From NCBI GenBank assembly GCA_022763105.1, contig JALEGK010000067.1:1811-65810 (forward strand): DNA of 64,000 bases, read 5' to 3'. Below the pieces are notes generated by a model, which was given only the letters and a program-made list of their open reading frames with translations, was not told the origin of the DNA and did not search any database. A program made the translations under genes and the position numbers. This DNA is from Rickettsiales bacterium (GTDB lineage: Bacteria; Pseudomonadota; Alphaproteobacteria; Rickettsiales; UBA3002). This document shows positions 22,079-30,592 of this stretch, piece by piece (the first letter of the stretch is position 1; every line of letters starts with the position of its first letter).

Positions 22079-22555
22079 TCAGGATTTAGTGCGTTTAACG
22101 GCCTTTTTGACCGTCCGTTTAACGGCTGATTTTTTTGCTGTTGGCTTGGCAGCAGGCTTTCGGGTTCGAGTAGTCTTTCCAGCTGCGCTAGCTCTTGCAG
22201 CAGGCTTGCTGCGCTGTTCACTTTGTTTTTTGCTCGTTTTGGCTGCTGGCTTTTTCTTCGGCGCTGGCTTTTTGGCTGGTTTTGCTTGGCCCTCAAGCTC
22301 TCTAATTCGTCGTTCGCAATCTGCCAAGCGCTCTGAGAGCACGCGCAATTCATCATCATAAACATGAGATGCATCGGCAGTGTTTCGATGGGAGGATTCG
22401 CTCGCATGGTTAAATGGATTTGCCTCCTTTTGAAAACGCTGCATCATTTGCATCATCTGACTGATGGTGTCTTGCGAGTTCAGCGATTCCGTCAAGCGTT
22501 CCTGCCACATATCGAGAAAAGCGCTTGCGATCTTTTGATAATCTTGTTGTGCCAT
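22079..22555 (-). CDS. PHA-granule-associated protein candidate (PhaE/PhaF-like) with histone-H1-like K/A/P-rich tail
   Basis: 158 aa. It sits where phaE lies in phaEC operons. Helical N-terminus (FLDMWQERL), heptad segment LRVLSERLADCERRIRELE, then AKPAKKPAPKKKPAAK...KKAVKRTKS. Confidence 0.6.
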   Translation of the reverse strand: MAQQDYQKIASAFLDMWQERLTESLNSQDTISQMMQMMQRFQKEANPFNHASESSHRNTADASHVYDDELRVLSERLADCERRIRELEGQAKPAKKPAPKKKPAAKTSKKQSEQRSKPAARASAAGKTTRTRKPAAKPTAKKSAVKRTVKKAVKRTKS

Positions 22556-22664
22556 AAATCATTGCCAGAAGTGATTTGTCGTTTGTGTTTTTATAAGCTA
22601 AGCTATAAGAACAAAGCATAAGTTGTTTAACCACAAAATCAATTGGCAAGATAAGAGGGAAGGC

Positions 22665-23180
22665 ATGGCGAAAAAATCAACGAATAAAGATGAGCCGGTA
22701 GTAGTTAAAAAATACGCGAATCGCCGCCTATACAACACGCAAACCAGCACGTATGTTACGCTCGATGATCTGTGTGAAATGGTCAAAGAAGGTACCGATT
22801 TTATTGTGTGCGATGCAAAATCTGGCGATGATCTAACCCGCCAAGTGCTCACTCAAATCATTTTCGAACAAGAATCACGTGGCGAAAACCTGCTTCCAAT
22901 CGGCTTTTTACGTAATCTGATTGGCTTCTACGATGATAACATCAAGGAGTATGTGCCGCATTATCTTGAGAAAACGATGGAAACCTTCATCACCAATCAG
23001 GAAAAAATGCGTGAGATGATGGGCATGAACCAATTTGGCAATCCTTTGGAACAACTAGAAGAAATTGGTAAGCAAAACATGGAGTTTTTCTCTAAAACCA
23101 TGGGTCAAACCATGGAAAACATGGAGAATATGGGCAACATGTTTAATCCATTCACCGCTCCGGATAATGACAAAAAGTAA
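22665..23180 (+). CDS. phaR: Polyhydroxyalkanoate synthesis repressor PhaR
   Basis: 171 aa from ATG 22665 (RBS AAGAGGGAAGG). Signature KKYANRRLYNTQTSTYVTLDDL. Divergent from the pha operon. Confidence 0.85.
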   Translation: MAKKSTNKDEPVVVKKYANRRLYNTQTSTYVTLDDLCEMVKEGTDFIVCDAKSGDDLTRQVLTQIIFEQESRGENLLPIGFLRNLIGFYDDNIKEYVPHYLEKTMETFITNQEKMREMMGMNQFGNPLEQLEEIGKQNMEFFSKTMGQTMENMENMGNMFNPFTAPDNDKK

Positions 23181-23895
23181 CTCCCTGCGTTTAGGAGTTA
23201 ATATTGATCACGTTGCCACGCTTCGCAATGCACGCGGTGGTACGCACCCATGCCCTATCAGAGCCGCCGAACTAGCCGCCTATGCGGGCGCAGATGGTAT
23301 TACCGCACATTTACGTGAAGATCGCCGCCACATCCGCGATGAAGATATGAGGCGCCTGAAGGCCGAAGTGAACCTGCCACTCAACTTCGAAATGGCTGCC
23401 ACAGACGAAATGCAAACACTCGCACTGGAAGTTAAGCCCAATGCGGTGTGCCTTGTACCTGAAAAACGTGAAGAGCTGACCACAGAAGGCGGCCTAGACG
23501 TTGCAGGCCAACAGGCCAGACTCACCGAATATTGTAAACCTTTCATTGATACGGGCATCCGCGTGTCATTATTCATTGATGCGAATGCTAAGCAGCTTGA
23601 AGCATCGAAAGCATGTGGCGCTGATATCGTTGAATTACACACGGGCCATCACTGCGACGCCCCAACCGATGAGAGCTATCAGGCACTCGTATCGGCTGCG
23701 GAATACACAAGTGAATTAGGGCTAGAATGCCATGCGGGGCACGGTATCAGCTTCCAAACCGTCAAAGAAATTGCTGCCATTCCACAAATCATGGAGCTTA
23801 ATATTGGACATTTTCTCGTAGGAGAGGCGGTGTTCTGCGGCTTTGAAACCGCCATTCAACGCATGCGCAAACTAATGGATGAGGCACGCATATGA
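23167..23895 (+). CDS. pdxJ: Pyridoxine 5'-phosphate synthase
   Basis: 242 aa from ATG 23167. LGVNIDHVATLRNARG N-terminus. The longer ORF-track start would overlap phaR. Confidence 0.9.
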   Translation: MTKSNSLRLGVNIDHVATLRNARGGTHPCPIRAAELAAYAGADGITAHLREDRRHIRDEDMRRLKAEVNLPLNFEMAATDEMQTLALEVKPNAVCLVPEKREELTTEGGLDVAGQQARLTEYCKPFIDTGIRVSLFIDANAKQLEASKACGADIVELHTGHHCDAPTDESYQALVSAAEYTSELGLECHAGHGISFQTVKEIAAIPQIMELNIGHFLVGEAVFCGFETAIQRMRKLMDEARI

Positions 23896-24299
23896 TTTTC
23901 GGCATTGGTACAGATCTCGTCGATACACGCAGGGTCGAGCGTATGCGCAAACGATTTGCCGATCGCTTCGAAGATCGCTTCTTTACCGAAGAAGAACGCA
24001 ATAATGCCCATGCTCAAGTCAATCCATTGCCACGTTTTGCCAAATACATCGCCGCCAAAGAGGCATGCTATAAGGCATTACGAGCCGAGCCAAACTCCGG
24101 CATTGGCTGGAAGGATATGGTGGTGTCGTACGAAGAAAATGGCCGCCCAATCATGACGCTAAGCGGCAACGCGCTTCAGCACATAACGCGGCAATATTCA
24201 AAAGGTGAATTCTACAAAATCCATGTCAGCTTAAGTGATGAGCTACCTTACGCCTGCGCACAAGTCGTGATCGAGATTGTGCCAATGGCTAATTCATAA
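23892..24299 (+). CDS. acpS: Holo-[acyl-carrier-protein] synthase
   Basis: 135 aa. MIFGIGTDLV N-terminus. ATGA overlap with pdxJ. Confidence 0.9.
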   Translation: MIFGIGTDLVDTRRVERMRKRFADRFEDRFFTEEERNNAHAQVNPLPRFAKYIAAKEACYKALRAEPNSGIGWKDMVVSYEENGRPIMTLSGNALQHITRQYSKGEFYKIHVSLSDELPYACAQVVIEIVPMANS

Positions 24300-24840
24300 C
24301 CTCAGGCTCTGGCGAAAAAGACGCATGCCGAATCATATAGCCGGGCTTTATGCCATGCTTTTGCACCGTACCACCATAAGCATATAGAATCGCTTTAATC
24401 TCACGACCCGAAAAGTAATCTTTCTTCAAGCTCTCCAACACCAGATTTGGAATGATCTGCACAATCATGCCGCGCTCATCGACAAATAACACATCCAGCT
24501 GATTACGTACCGGCAAAGCCATCAGCGGAATATCCAGCGGGTGACGCATCACCACCATCACCGAATGCTCTGGCTTCATCGTTTGCAGCAAATGCATATT
24601 ATGCTGACGCAATGCCTGCTCACCACGTACCGACACACCAAGTGTAATCGGCTTTACTTCTGCCTTGGCGGCCTCTGGCGTCGTTTGATTATATTGCTGC
24701 TCTTTAGAGAAAATAACAAACGGCGCAGGCGGCACTATCGTGATGCTGTCGCGCTTATAAACAAGCGAGGGCGCACGGCGATCTATCGCCCATGCATTTA
24801 GCGATACAAACATAAGCAATATGGCAATTGCTCGCATCAT
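24289..24840 (-). CDS. Secreted DUF192-like protein (divergent paralog)
   Basis: 183 aa. Signal peptide MMRAIAILLMFVSLNAWA. The LDVLFVDERGMIVQI segment resembles the DUF192 core of the neighbouring gene. Confidence 0.55.
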   Translation of the reverse strand: MMRAIAILLMFVSLNAWAIDRRAPSLVYKRDSITIVPPAPFVIFSKEQQYNQTTPEAAKAEVKPITLGVSVRGEQALRQHNMHLLQTMKPEHSVMVVMRHPLDIPLMALPVRNQLDVLFVDERGMIVQIIPNLVLESLKKDYFSGREIKAILYAYGGTVQKHGIKPGYMIRHASFSPEPEVMN

Positions 24841-24843
24841 CGG

Positions 24844-25305
24844 CTATTCAACCTCCAGAATCTGCAATCTATCACCCGTAATAATGCCATGTTTGCGCGC
24901 TTTTCCTGCTTCTAATTCAAGCACATAACGCACATTCACTGGCGCTTGAATGCCTTGCGTAGAGTAGGGCGTGGTGTGTTTAGCGATATGAACAACATTC
25001 ATCCCCTCATCAATAAAGATCATATCGAGAGATAATGGCGTATTTTTCATCCACATGCTGATGGGCTGAGCATGTTTAAAATCGAATAGCATGCCGTCAT
25101 AAGGCGCTAGATTATGACGAAACATCAAGCCACGCTTGCGCTGAGACTCATTAAGCGCGATTTCTACTTTAAATTCAGCGACATGCGCGCCAGTTCCAAC
25201 CGAAATTCGACCGTGCTTAAAACCACCATCGGCGAGACTGGGTTGCGATAAGCTCAAAACCAGGGCTAAAACCGAAAAAATGAAATAATTCCGCATATTT
25301 ACCAA
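24844..25305 (-). CDS. Secreted DUF192 family protein
   Basis: 153 aa. Signal peptide, then the core MWMKNTPLSLDMIFIDEGMNVVHI typical of COG1430/DUF192. Confidence 0.7.
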   Translation of the reverse strand: MVNMRNYFIFSVLALVLSLSQPSLADGGFKHGRISVGTGAHVAEFKVEIALNESQRKRGLMFRHNLAPYDGMLFDFKHAQPISMWMKNTPLSLDMIFIDEGMNVVHIAKHTTPYSTQGIQAPVNVRYVLELEAGKARKHGIITGDRLQILEVE

Positions 25306-25345
25306 TCATTAACCGCTTTAGCGTAAACTAACTAGACGTATAAAT

Positions 25346-25395
25346 GTAACGTAATTGTAACAATACTGACGCATTGGAATGCGTATAATACGTAT
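25346..25395 (+). promoter_or_regulatory. Candidate promoter/operator cluster upstream of the GW-tail gene
   Basis: GTAAC-GTAAT-N-GTAAC repeats at 25346-25361. Perfect inverted repeat ACGCATT-GG-AATGCGT at 25369-25384, abutting TATAAT at 25384-25389. Palindrome ATACGTAT at 25388-25395. Confidence 0.4.
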
Positions 25396-25425
25396 ATAGA
25401 ACAAAAATAATAGGGGTACATACAT

Positions 25426-26145
25426 ATGTCGCGATTCACACCGCAATTGCCTAGTCACTACACTGACAAAAACAACGGTAAAAGTGCGAAAGCTCAATTC
25501 ATGAAAGCCATGCAGAAAGGGTTGAAAAACCCTGCTGAGCAGGACGCGAAAGCTCGTTACAAAGAAATTTTGAGCGAAAAAATGGCCTCTGTACAAAAAG
25601 AGGCAATGAAAGGAGCGAAATATTCGTTCCAACTTCCGGGAACAGATGCGAGTGAATGCCGCAAGCTCTCCAAAGGCGCACAGGAAATCCTCGAAAAAGT
25701 GGCTGAAAAGCAAGCGAAACGCGAGCAAAAGAAACGCGAGCGTAAAATGGATAAAGTCGCTGTTAAAGCGAAATACTTTACCGGCATGCAGGGCGGCCGC
25801 ATCGACAATAAAGGCCAAATCTATGATTCAGCCGGTCAGGTGATCATGAAAGTTGATACCAAAACCGGTAAGATCAAGAATGCTGCAACCGGCAGCACAC
25901 TTGCGAAATATCGTCCAAATTGCGGATATACCGAACACCGTATCTGTGAGTTGATCGCAAGACACGATACCACCAAGAAAGATGGTTGGTATGCAGGTTC
26001 TACCGATATGAGCTCTATTTACGGCACAAACACCAGCAACAATAGCGGCTGGGGTGACTCAGGCAGCGGCGGAAGCTCTATCTGGGGTGATACCGGTGGA
26101 TTCTGGGGCAACAAGAACGACGATAATAACGGCGGCTGGTGGTAA
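25426..26145 (+). CDS. Hypothetical protein with K/E/A-rich N-terminal half and Gly/Trp-rich C-terminal tail
   Basis: 239 aa. AGGGG RBS and no signal peptide. The tail is SGWGDSGSGGSSIWGDTGGFWGNKNDDNNGGWW. I recognise no family. Confidence 0.7.
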   Translation: MSRFTPQLPSHYTDKNNGKSAKAQFMKAMQKGLKNPAEQDAKARYKEILSEKMASVQKEAMKGAKYSFQLPGTDASECRKLSKGAQEILEKVAEKQAKREQKKRERKMDKVAVKAKYFTGMQGGRIDNKGQIYDSAGQVIMKVDTKTGKIKNAATGSTLAKYRPNCGYTEHRICELIARHDTTKKDGWYAGSTDMSSIYGTNTSNNSGWGDSGSGGSSIWGDTGGFWGNKNDDNNGGWW

Positions 26146-27342
26146 TTACAGCGCCGCTAACGCCTGATCCAGATCATTCAACAAATCATGAGCTGATTCT
26201 AAGCCGACCGATAGTCGCATCACATTCTCTGTAATGCCCATATCATTGCGCGTCGCTTCATCAATATTGGAGTGTGTCGTGGTTGCTGGGTGCGTAATCA
26301 ACGATTTTGCATCACCCAGATTATTCGAAATATCAATCACCTCTAAACCATTCATCACTTTAAAGGCATCATCTTTTTTACCCTTAACGGCAAACGCAAC
26401 CAATCCACCACCTCGCTTCATTTGCTTGGCGGCAATCTCATATTGCGGATGCGATGGTAAATGAGGATAGAACACACGTTCCACCTTCGGATGCTCTTCT
26501 AGCATCTTGGCAATCGCTTCAGCGTTATCGGTATGGCGCTCCATACGTAAATCAAATGTCTCAAGTGATTTCAAAATCACCCATGCATTAAACGGGCTAA
26601 GGGCAGGGCCGGTATGACGGAAATACGGCACCACCGTTTCATTGATAAATTCAACATCACCAAGTACGGCACCACCAAGCGTGCGGCCTTGGCCGTCCAT
26701 ATGCTTCGTTGTTGAATACACGACTACATCCGCACCAAGCTCTAGCGGCTTCTGATACATCGGCGTGGCAAAGATATTATCGACGATTAAGCGCGCACCA
26801 TTCTTTTTAGTAATGTTCGATACCGCCTGAATATCGGTCACGGTCAGAATCGGATTCGCAGGCGTTTCAATAAACACACAAGTAGTCTTGTCCGTCATCG
26901 CCGCTTCCCACGCAGACACATCAGCGACATCATCCACTAGCGTGTAGCTAATGCCAAAGCGTGGCAGAATTTCGGTAATAATATAATAGCACGAGCCAAA
27001 CAACACGCGGTTCGCCACCACATGATCGCCTGTTTTCAAAAAGCTCATCATGCTTGCATGCACAGCAGCCATGCCACTCGCCATTGCAGAACACGCTTCT
27101 GCACCCTCAAGCAGCGCTAAGCGCTCTTCTAGCATTGCAAGTGTCGGATTCAGATAACGGCTATAGACAAAACCAGGCGCTTCGCCATTAAAACGACTCT
27201 CCGCTGTTTCTGCGGAATCATAGCAAAAACCGGAATTCAAATAGATCGCTTCGCTCACCTCGCCAAACTGACTGCGTTTCGTTCCACCACGCACCAATTT
27301 GGTTTGCAAACCCTTACCTTCAACAGACGTTGATTTTGTCAT
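26146..27342 (-). CDS. metZ: O-succinylhomoserine sulfhydrylase (Cys/Met PLP family)
   Basis: 398 aa. PLP lysine context YSTTKHMDGQG. AGAGG RBS. Its stop abuts the convergent GW-tail gene. Confidence 0.85.
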   Translation of the reverse strand: MTKSTSVEGKGLQTKLVRGGTKRSQFGEVSEAIYLNSGFCYDSAETAESRFNGEAPGFVYSRYLNPTLAMLEERLALLEGAEACSAMASGMAAVHASMMSFLKTGDHVVANRVLFGSCYYIITEILPRFGISYTLVDDVADVSAWEAAMTDKTTCVFIETPANPILTVTDIQAVSNITKKNGARLIVDNIFATPMYQKPLELGADVVVYSTTKHMDGQGRTLGGAVLGDVEFINETVVPYFRHTGPALSPFNAWVILKSLETFDLRMERHTDNAEAIAKMLEEHPKVERVFYPHLPSHPQYEIAAKQMKRGGGLVAFAVKGKKDDAFKVMNGLEVIDISNNLGDAKSLITHPATTTHSNIDEATRNDMGITENVMRLSVGLESAHDLLNDLDQALAAL

Positions 27343-27354
27343 GAAAAACCTCTA

Positions 27355-27410
27355 AATCTCATGCTTTTGCGACAGAGTGGCGCAACATAAGCCACATTAG
27401 TTTTGCATGC
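27355..27410 (-). promoter_or_regulatory. Candidate SAM-II (metA-type) riboswitch in the metZ leader
   Basis: Minus-strand RNA GUGGCUUAUGUUGCGCCACUCUGUCGCAAAAGCAUGAG can form an H-type pseudoknot. Pairings are GUGGC/GCCAC interleaved with UUGCG/CGCAA, and GCUU can pair with the conserved-looking AAAGC tail. The location upstream of metZ matches where SAM-II occurs in alphaproteobacteria. Confidence 0.5.
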
Positions 27411-27427
27411 AACTGAAAGAGTAGGCG

Positions 27428-28105
27428 ATGTTGGGCAACAATCCAATCCGGCCAGTAGAGTTTGGCAACGGCGACACATTAGCTATTCAGGAGATCTTCC
27501 CGACATTGCAGGGGGAAGGTCCTTATACTGGCTGGCCCGCCATTTTTGTGCGCTTAGGCGGCTGTAATCTGGCATGCGAATTCTGCGATACCGAATTTGA
27601 AAGCTTCAAAGAGCAGGAGCTTAACAACATAATCGAGCGTATCGAACGCTTTAGCTATGTGAACGGTCAGCGCACCGCTGAATTAGTGGTGATCACCGGA
27701 GGTGAGCCATTCCGCCAACCGATCGATAAACTTTGCGAAACCCTAATTGATCTGGATTATCTGGTACAGATTGAGACCAACGGCACACTCTTCCGCGAAA
27801 TTCCGTATGGCGTCGATATTATCTGCTCACCGAAAGTATCGACTCCTAAGGGTTATTTTCCGATCCGCGAAGATTTGCTGGAGCGTGTCAGCGCCTTTAA
27901 ATTCATCATCTCCGCCACCGATGATCGCTATAGCGACGTACCCGAAATAGGCCAAAGCCAGCTGAATATTCCGGTCTATGTCCAACCAATGGATGAGCAG
28001 GACGACACCAAGAACAAGAAAAACCTATCGAAAGCCTTGCAATTATGTACCGAAAAAGGCTATCGACTCTCCCTTCAAACACATAAGATATTGGGGATTC
28101 CATAG
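27428..28105 (+). CDS. queE: 7-carboxy-7-deazaguanine synthase (radical SAM)
   Basis: 225 aa. CNLACEFC cluster motif. First gene of the que cluster. Confidence 0.85.
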   Translation: MLGNNPIRPVEFGNGDTLAIQEIFPTLQGEGPYTGWPAIFVRLGGCNLACEFCDTEFESFKEQELNNIIERIERFSYVNGQRTAELVVITGGEPFRQPIDKLCETLIDLDYLVQIETNGTLFREIPYGVDIICSPKVSTPKGYFPIREDLLERVSAFKFIISATDDRYSDVPEIGQSQLNIPVYVQPMDEQDDTKNKKNLSKALQLCTEKGYRLSLQTHKILGIP

Positions 28106-28107
28106 GT

Positions 28108-28806
28108 ATGAGTAAAAAAGCAGTCATGCTGTTAAGTGGCGGCCTAGACTCTGCAACCATTGGCGCCATCGCCAAAGAGCAGGGCTATGAGTTATACGCA
28201 CTAAGCTGCAAATACGGCCAACGCCATGCTGTAGAGCTGAATGCCGCTGTACGTGTGGCGCAACATCTGGGCGTTGCCGATCATAAAACCGCCGAAATCG
28301 ATTTAAGATTATTTGGCGGCTCAGCACTGACCGATGAATTGGATGTGCCCAAAGCAAATACCGTCGAAGAAATAGGTGAGGGCATCCCCATCACATACGT
28401 GCCCGCGCGAAATACTATCTTTTTATCATTCGCGCTCGCATGGGCGGAAACACTCGATGCTTATGATATCTTCATCGGCGTAAACGCACTGGATTATAGC
28501 GGCTACCCCGATTGCCGCCCGGCATTTATCGAAGCTTACGAAGCCATGGCAAACCAAGCCACCGCATATGCCACGGAGAAGAACGAGAAGGTTCGCATTC
28601 ACGCACCGCTCATCGATATGACCAAAGCGCAAATCATTACCCAAGGCACACAACTAGGCGTGGATTACGGCTTGACCTTAAGTTGCTACGACCCTAGTGA
28701 ACAAGGCGAAGCCTGCGGCCATTGCGATTCGTGCTTATTGCGCAAAAAAGGCTTTGAAGAAGCAGGGGTAGCAGACCCAACCATTTACAGAAAGAACGCA
28801 GCATGA
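28108..28806 (+). CDS. queC: 7-cyano-7-deazaguanine synthase
   Basis: 232 aa. SGGLDS PP-loop and the C-terminal CGHCDSC zinc motif. Confidence 0.9.
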   Translation: MSKKAVMLLSGGLDSATIGAIAKEQGYELYALSCKYGQRHAVELNAAVRVAQHLGVADHKTAEIDLRLFGGSALTDELDVPKANTVEEIGEGIPITYVPARNTIFLSFALAWAETLDAYDIFIGVNALDYSGYPDCRPAFIEAYEAMANQATAYATEKNEKVRIHAPLIDMTKAQIITQGTQLGVDYGLTLSCYDPSEQGEACGHCDSCLLRKKGFEEAGVADPTIYRKNAA

Positions 28807-29264
28807 ACGATATCTACGAGCCATTGACCCAATTAGGCGGTAGCAGCGAGCTGCCAGAATCTCCCGACAAGGCAGTCATTGAATGCGTTGATAACCCACA
28901 CCCAAACGTTGATTACAACGTACGTTTCACCTGCCCAGAATTCACCTCGCTATGCCCAAAAACAGGGCAGCCAGACTTTGCCCATATCGTGATCGACTAC
29001 ATCCCCAATCGAAAGCTGGTAGAAAGCAAATCACTGAAATTATACCTGCATTCCTTCCGCAACCACGGTGGCTTTCATGAGGAATGCACCATTGATATCG
29101 CCAAAAAACTGATCGATGCCGTCGATCCAATCTGGCTGCGCATTGGGGGGTACTGGTATCCACGCGGCGGAATCCCAATTGATATCTTCTATCAAAATAG
29201 CGATAAGCCTAAGCATATATGGGTGCCCGATTTGGATGTGCCGGGTTATAAAGGGCGCGGCTAA
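28803..29264 (+). CDS. queF: NADPH-dependent 7-cyano-7-deazaguanine reductase (unimodular type)
   Basis: 153 aa. [14 protein letters not shown] catalytic Cys context and ESKSLKLYL. Confidence 0.9.
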   Translation: MNDIYEPLTQLGGSSELPESPDKAVIECVDNPHPNVDYNVRFTCPEFTSLCPKTGQPDFAHIVIDYIPNRKLVESKSLKLYLHSFRNHGGFHEECTIDIAKKLIDAVDPIWLRIGGYWYPRGGIPIDIFYQNSDKPKHIWVPDLDVPGYKGRG

Positions 29265-30485
29265 TTACTGCACAATCATGCGCATGGACTTATCCATCGC
29301 CGCAACATCCAAGAAGGTAAACCGGTCACGGCTTAGATGCGCATTGAGAATGACACTTTCATAGCATTCTTTATCCCAGTTCAGCGCCACCGAATTCGTT
29401 GGCGCACTCGCTTTATGCAACGCAATCTCTAGCTGCGTGGCGCTTACCATCTGAGCGCGAATCTGCGCCTGAATATCGGGCCAACTTTTATCGAGCTTGG
29501 CATTGATAGCGTCGGCTTGCTCTTGGGTAATCACTTTCTTCTGATACGTCTCATACATCTCATTGCCAATTTTCACGCCAAACAGGGTCTGAAAACGTTT
29601 TTTAGGTTGATAGTTTGGCTTCATCAATGGCTGTTTCAACAATAGTTTTTCTTGCGCCCGTGCCATATGCAGCGTGGTCACCGCAATCTGCTCGCCATGC
29701 AGCCACGAATTGGTATAAGCCGGAAAGAGCAGCTCCATTGTATGCGCAATCATATGCTCACCCTGACTCGCACTGGCACTCGATTGCTGGGCGGCCATGC
29801 CATCACCAGCAATGATCAACATATCCATTAGTAGCTTCAGCATGTGAGGGTCGCGCTTGCTCAGCAAATCCGCATGACGCATCACTTCATGCTCTAGCGG
29901 CAGCAATGCCTGAAACACCGAATCATCGTAAGACGTGCCGAGCAAATGATGAGATAGCAACCAATCTGCCTGCACGGTGCTGCGACATAACATATCGCCC
30001 AAACCGGCACGCACCATTCGGAAAGGAGAGGTGCGCAACGTCTCTTCATCTATCCACACGGCTTTGGGTTGCACGGCTTGGAAGGATTGCTTGTGTTTTC
30101 CATTTATCAACGAAGCCGTTGATGAGGTGTAACCATTCATCGATGGCGCAGTAGGGCACACTACATACTCACGCCCAGCATTAAAAGCTGCATGTTTCAC
30201 GATGTCGTTGATGGTGCCACTACCCACTGCAATGAGCTGCTGATCTGCATTCAACAACGATTGCACATGCTCGCTTCGCCTCACATTCGCTTTAATTGAT
30301 TTGCCCGAAAGCACCTCTAACTGCACGGGGTACTCAGCCGCTTGCAATGCCTTTAGCAAGTCCGTACCCAACGCCTTATGCGTATTTTCATCGCAAACCA
30401 ATAGCAATGGCTGGCCGTCAAAATAGCTACGAACTAGCTCTGTGATCGTGTCTGGCAAACGGGTTACATATTGAATCGCGGGCAT
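29265..30485 (-). CDS. Iron-containing alcohol dehydrogenase superfamily protein, glycerol-1-phosphate dehydrogenase/AraM-like
   Basis: 406 aa from ATG 30485. GSGTINDIVK nucleotide loop, plus GLGDML and HGEQIA metal-site-like motifs of the GldA/EgsA clade. Confidence 0.6.
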   Translation of the reverse strand: MPAIQYVTRLPDTITELVRSYFDGQPLLLVCDENTHKALGTDLLKALQAAEYPVQLEVLSGKSIKANVRRSEHVQSLLNADQQLIAVGSGTINDIVKHAAFNAGREYVVCPTAPSMNGYTSSTASLINGKHKQSFQAVQPKAVWIDEETLRTSPFRMVRAGLGDMLCRSTVQADWLLSHHLLGTSYDDSVFQALLPLEHEVMRHADLLSKRDPHMLKLLMDMLIIAGDGMAAQQSSASASQGEHMIAHTMELLFPAYTNSWLHGEQIAVTTLHMARAQEKLLLKQPLMKPNYQPKKRFQTLFGVKIGNEMYETYQKKVITQEQADAINAKLDKSWPDIQAQIRAQMVSATQLEIALHKASAPTNSVALNWDKECYESVILNAHLSRDRFTFLDVAAMDKSMRMIVQ

Positions 30486-30592
30486 GGCGCACACCATAAA
30501 TTGGCATCTCAAAATGTAAACAGGCTTTGCATTTATTCTTGTCAATCCACGCGTTCAGACCATTATGTTGTGGTTCAATTTGAGGTTACGAC

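Noticed and set aside
22009-22407. N-terminal 133-aa extension of the phaC ORF (track ORF 21025-22407) and the antisense ORF 22089-22361
   Set aside because: Both overlap the K/A/P-tail region of the 158-aa gene in other frames and translate to low-complexity sequence. The class-III PhaC core begins after the 158-aa stop. A 329-nt same-strand overlap is implausible.
22410-22649. 79-aa minus-strand ORF overlapping the start of the 158-aa PHA gene and the phaR promoter region
   Set aside because: It is an alternative frame of the same DNA with no motif support, and it would overlap the divergent phaR start.
25318-25818. 166-aa minus-strand ORF opposite the 5' half of the GW-tail gene
   Set aside because: Its Phe/Leu/Ser-rich translation is the mirror image of the sense strand's Lys/Glu/Ala codons (GAA/AAA/GCG). 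It has no RBS and would run through the promoter region. It is most likely an antisense artefact.
27343-27427. preQ1 riboswitch upstream of queE-queC-queF
   Set aside because: Read on the plus strand, the spacer shows no small hairpin followed by an A-rich tail resembling preQ1-I. The structured element reads convincingly only on the minus strand, as the metZ leader.
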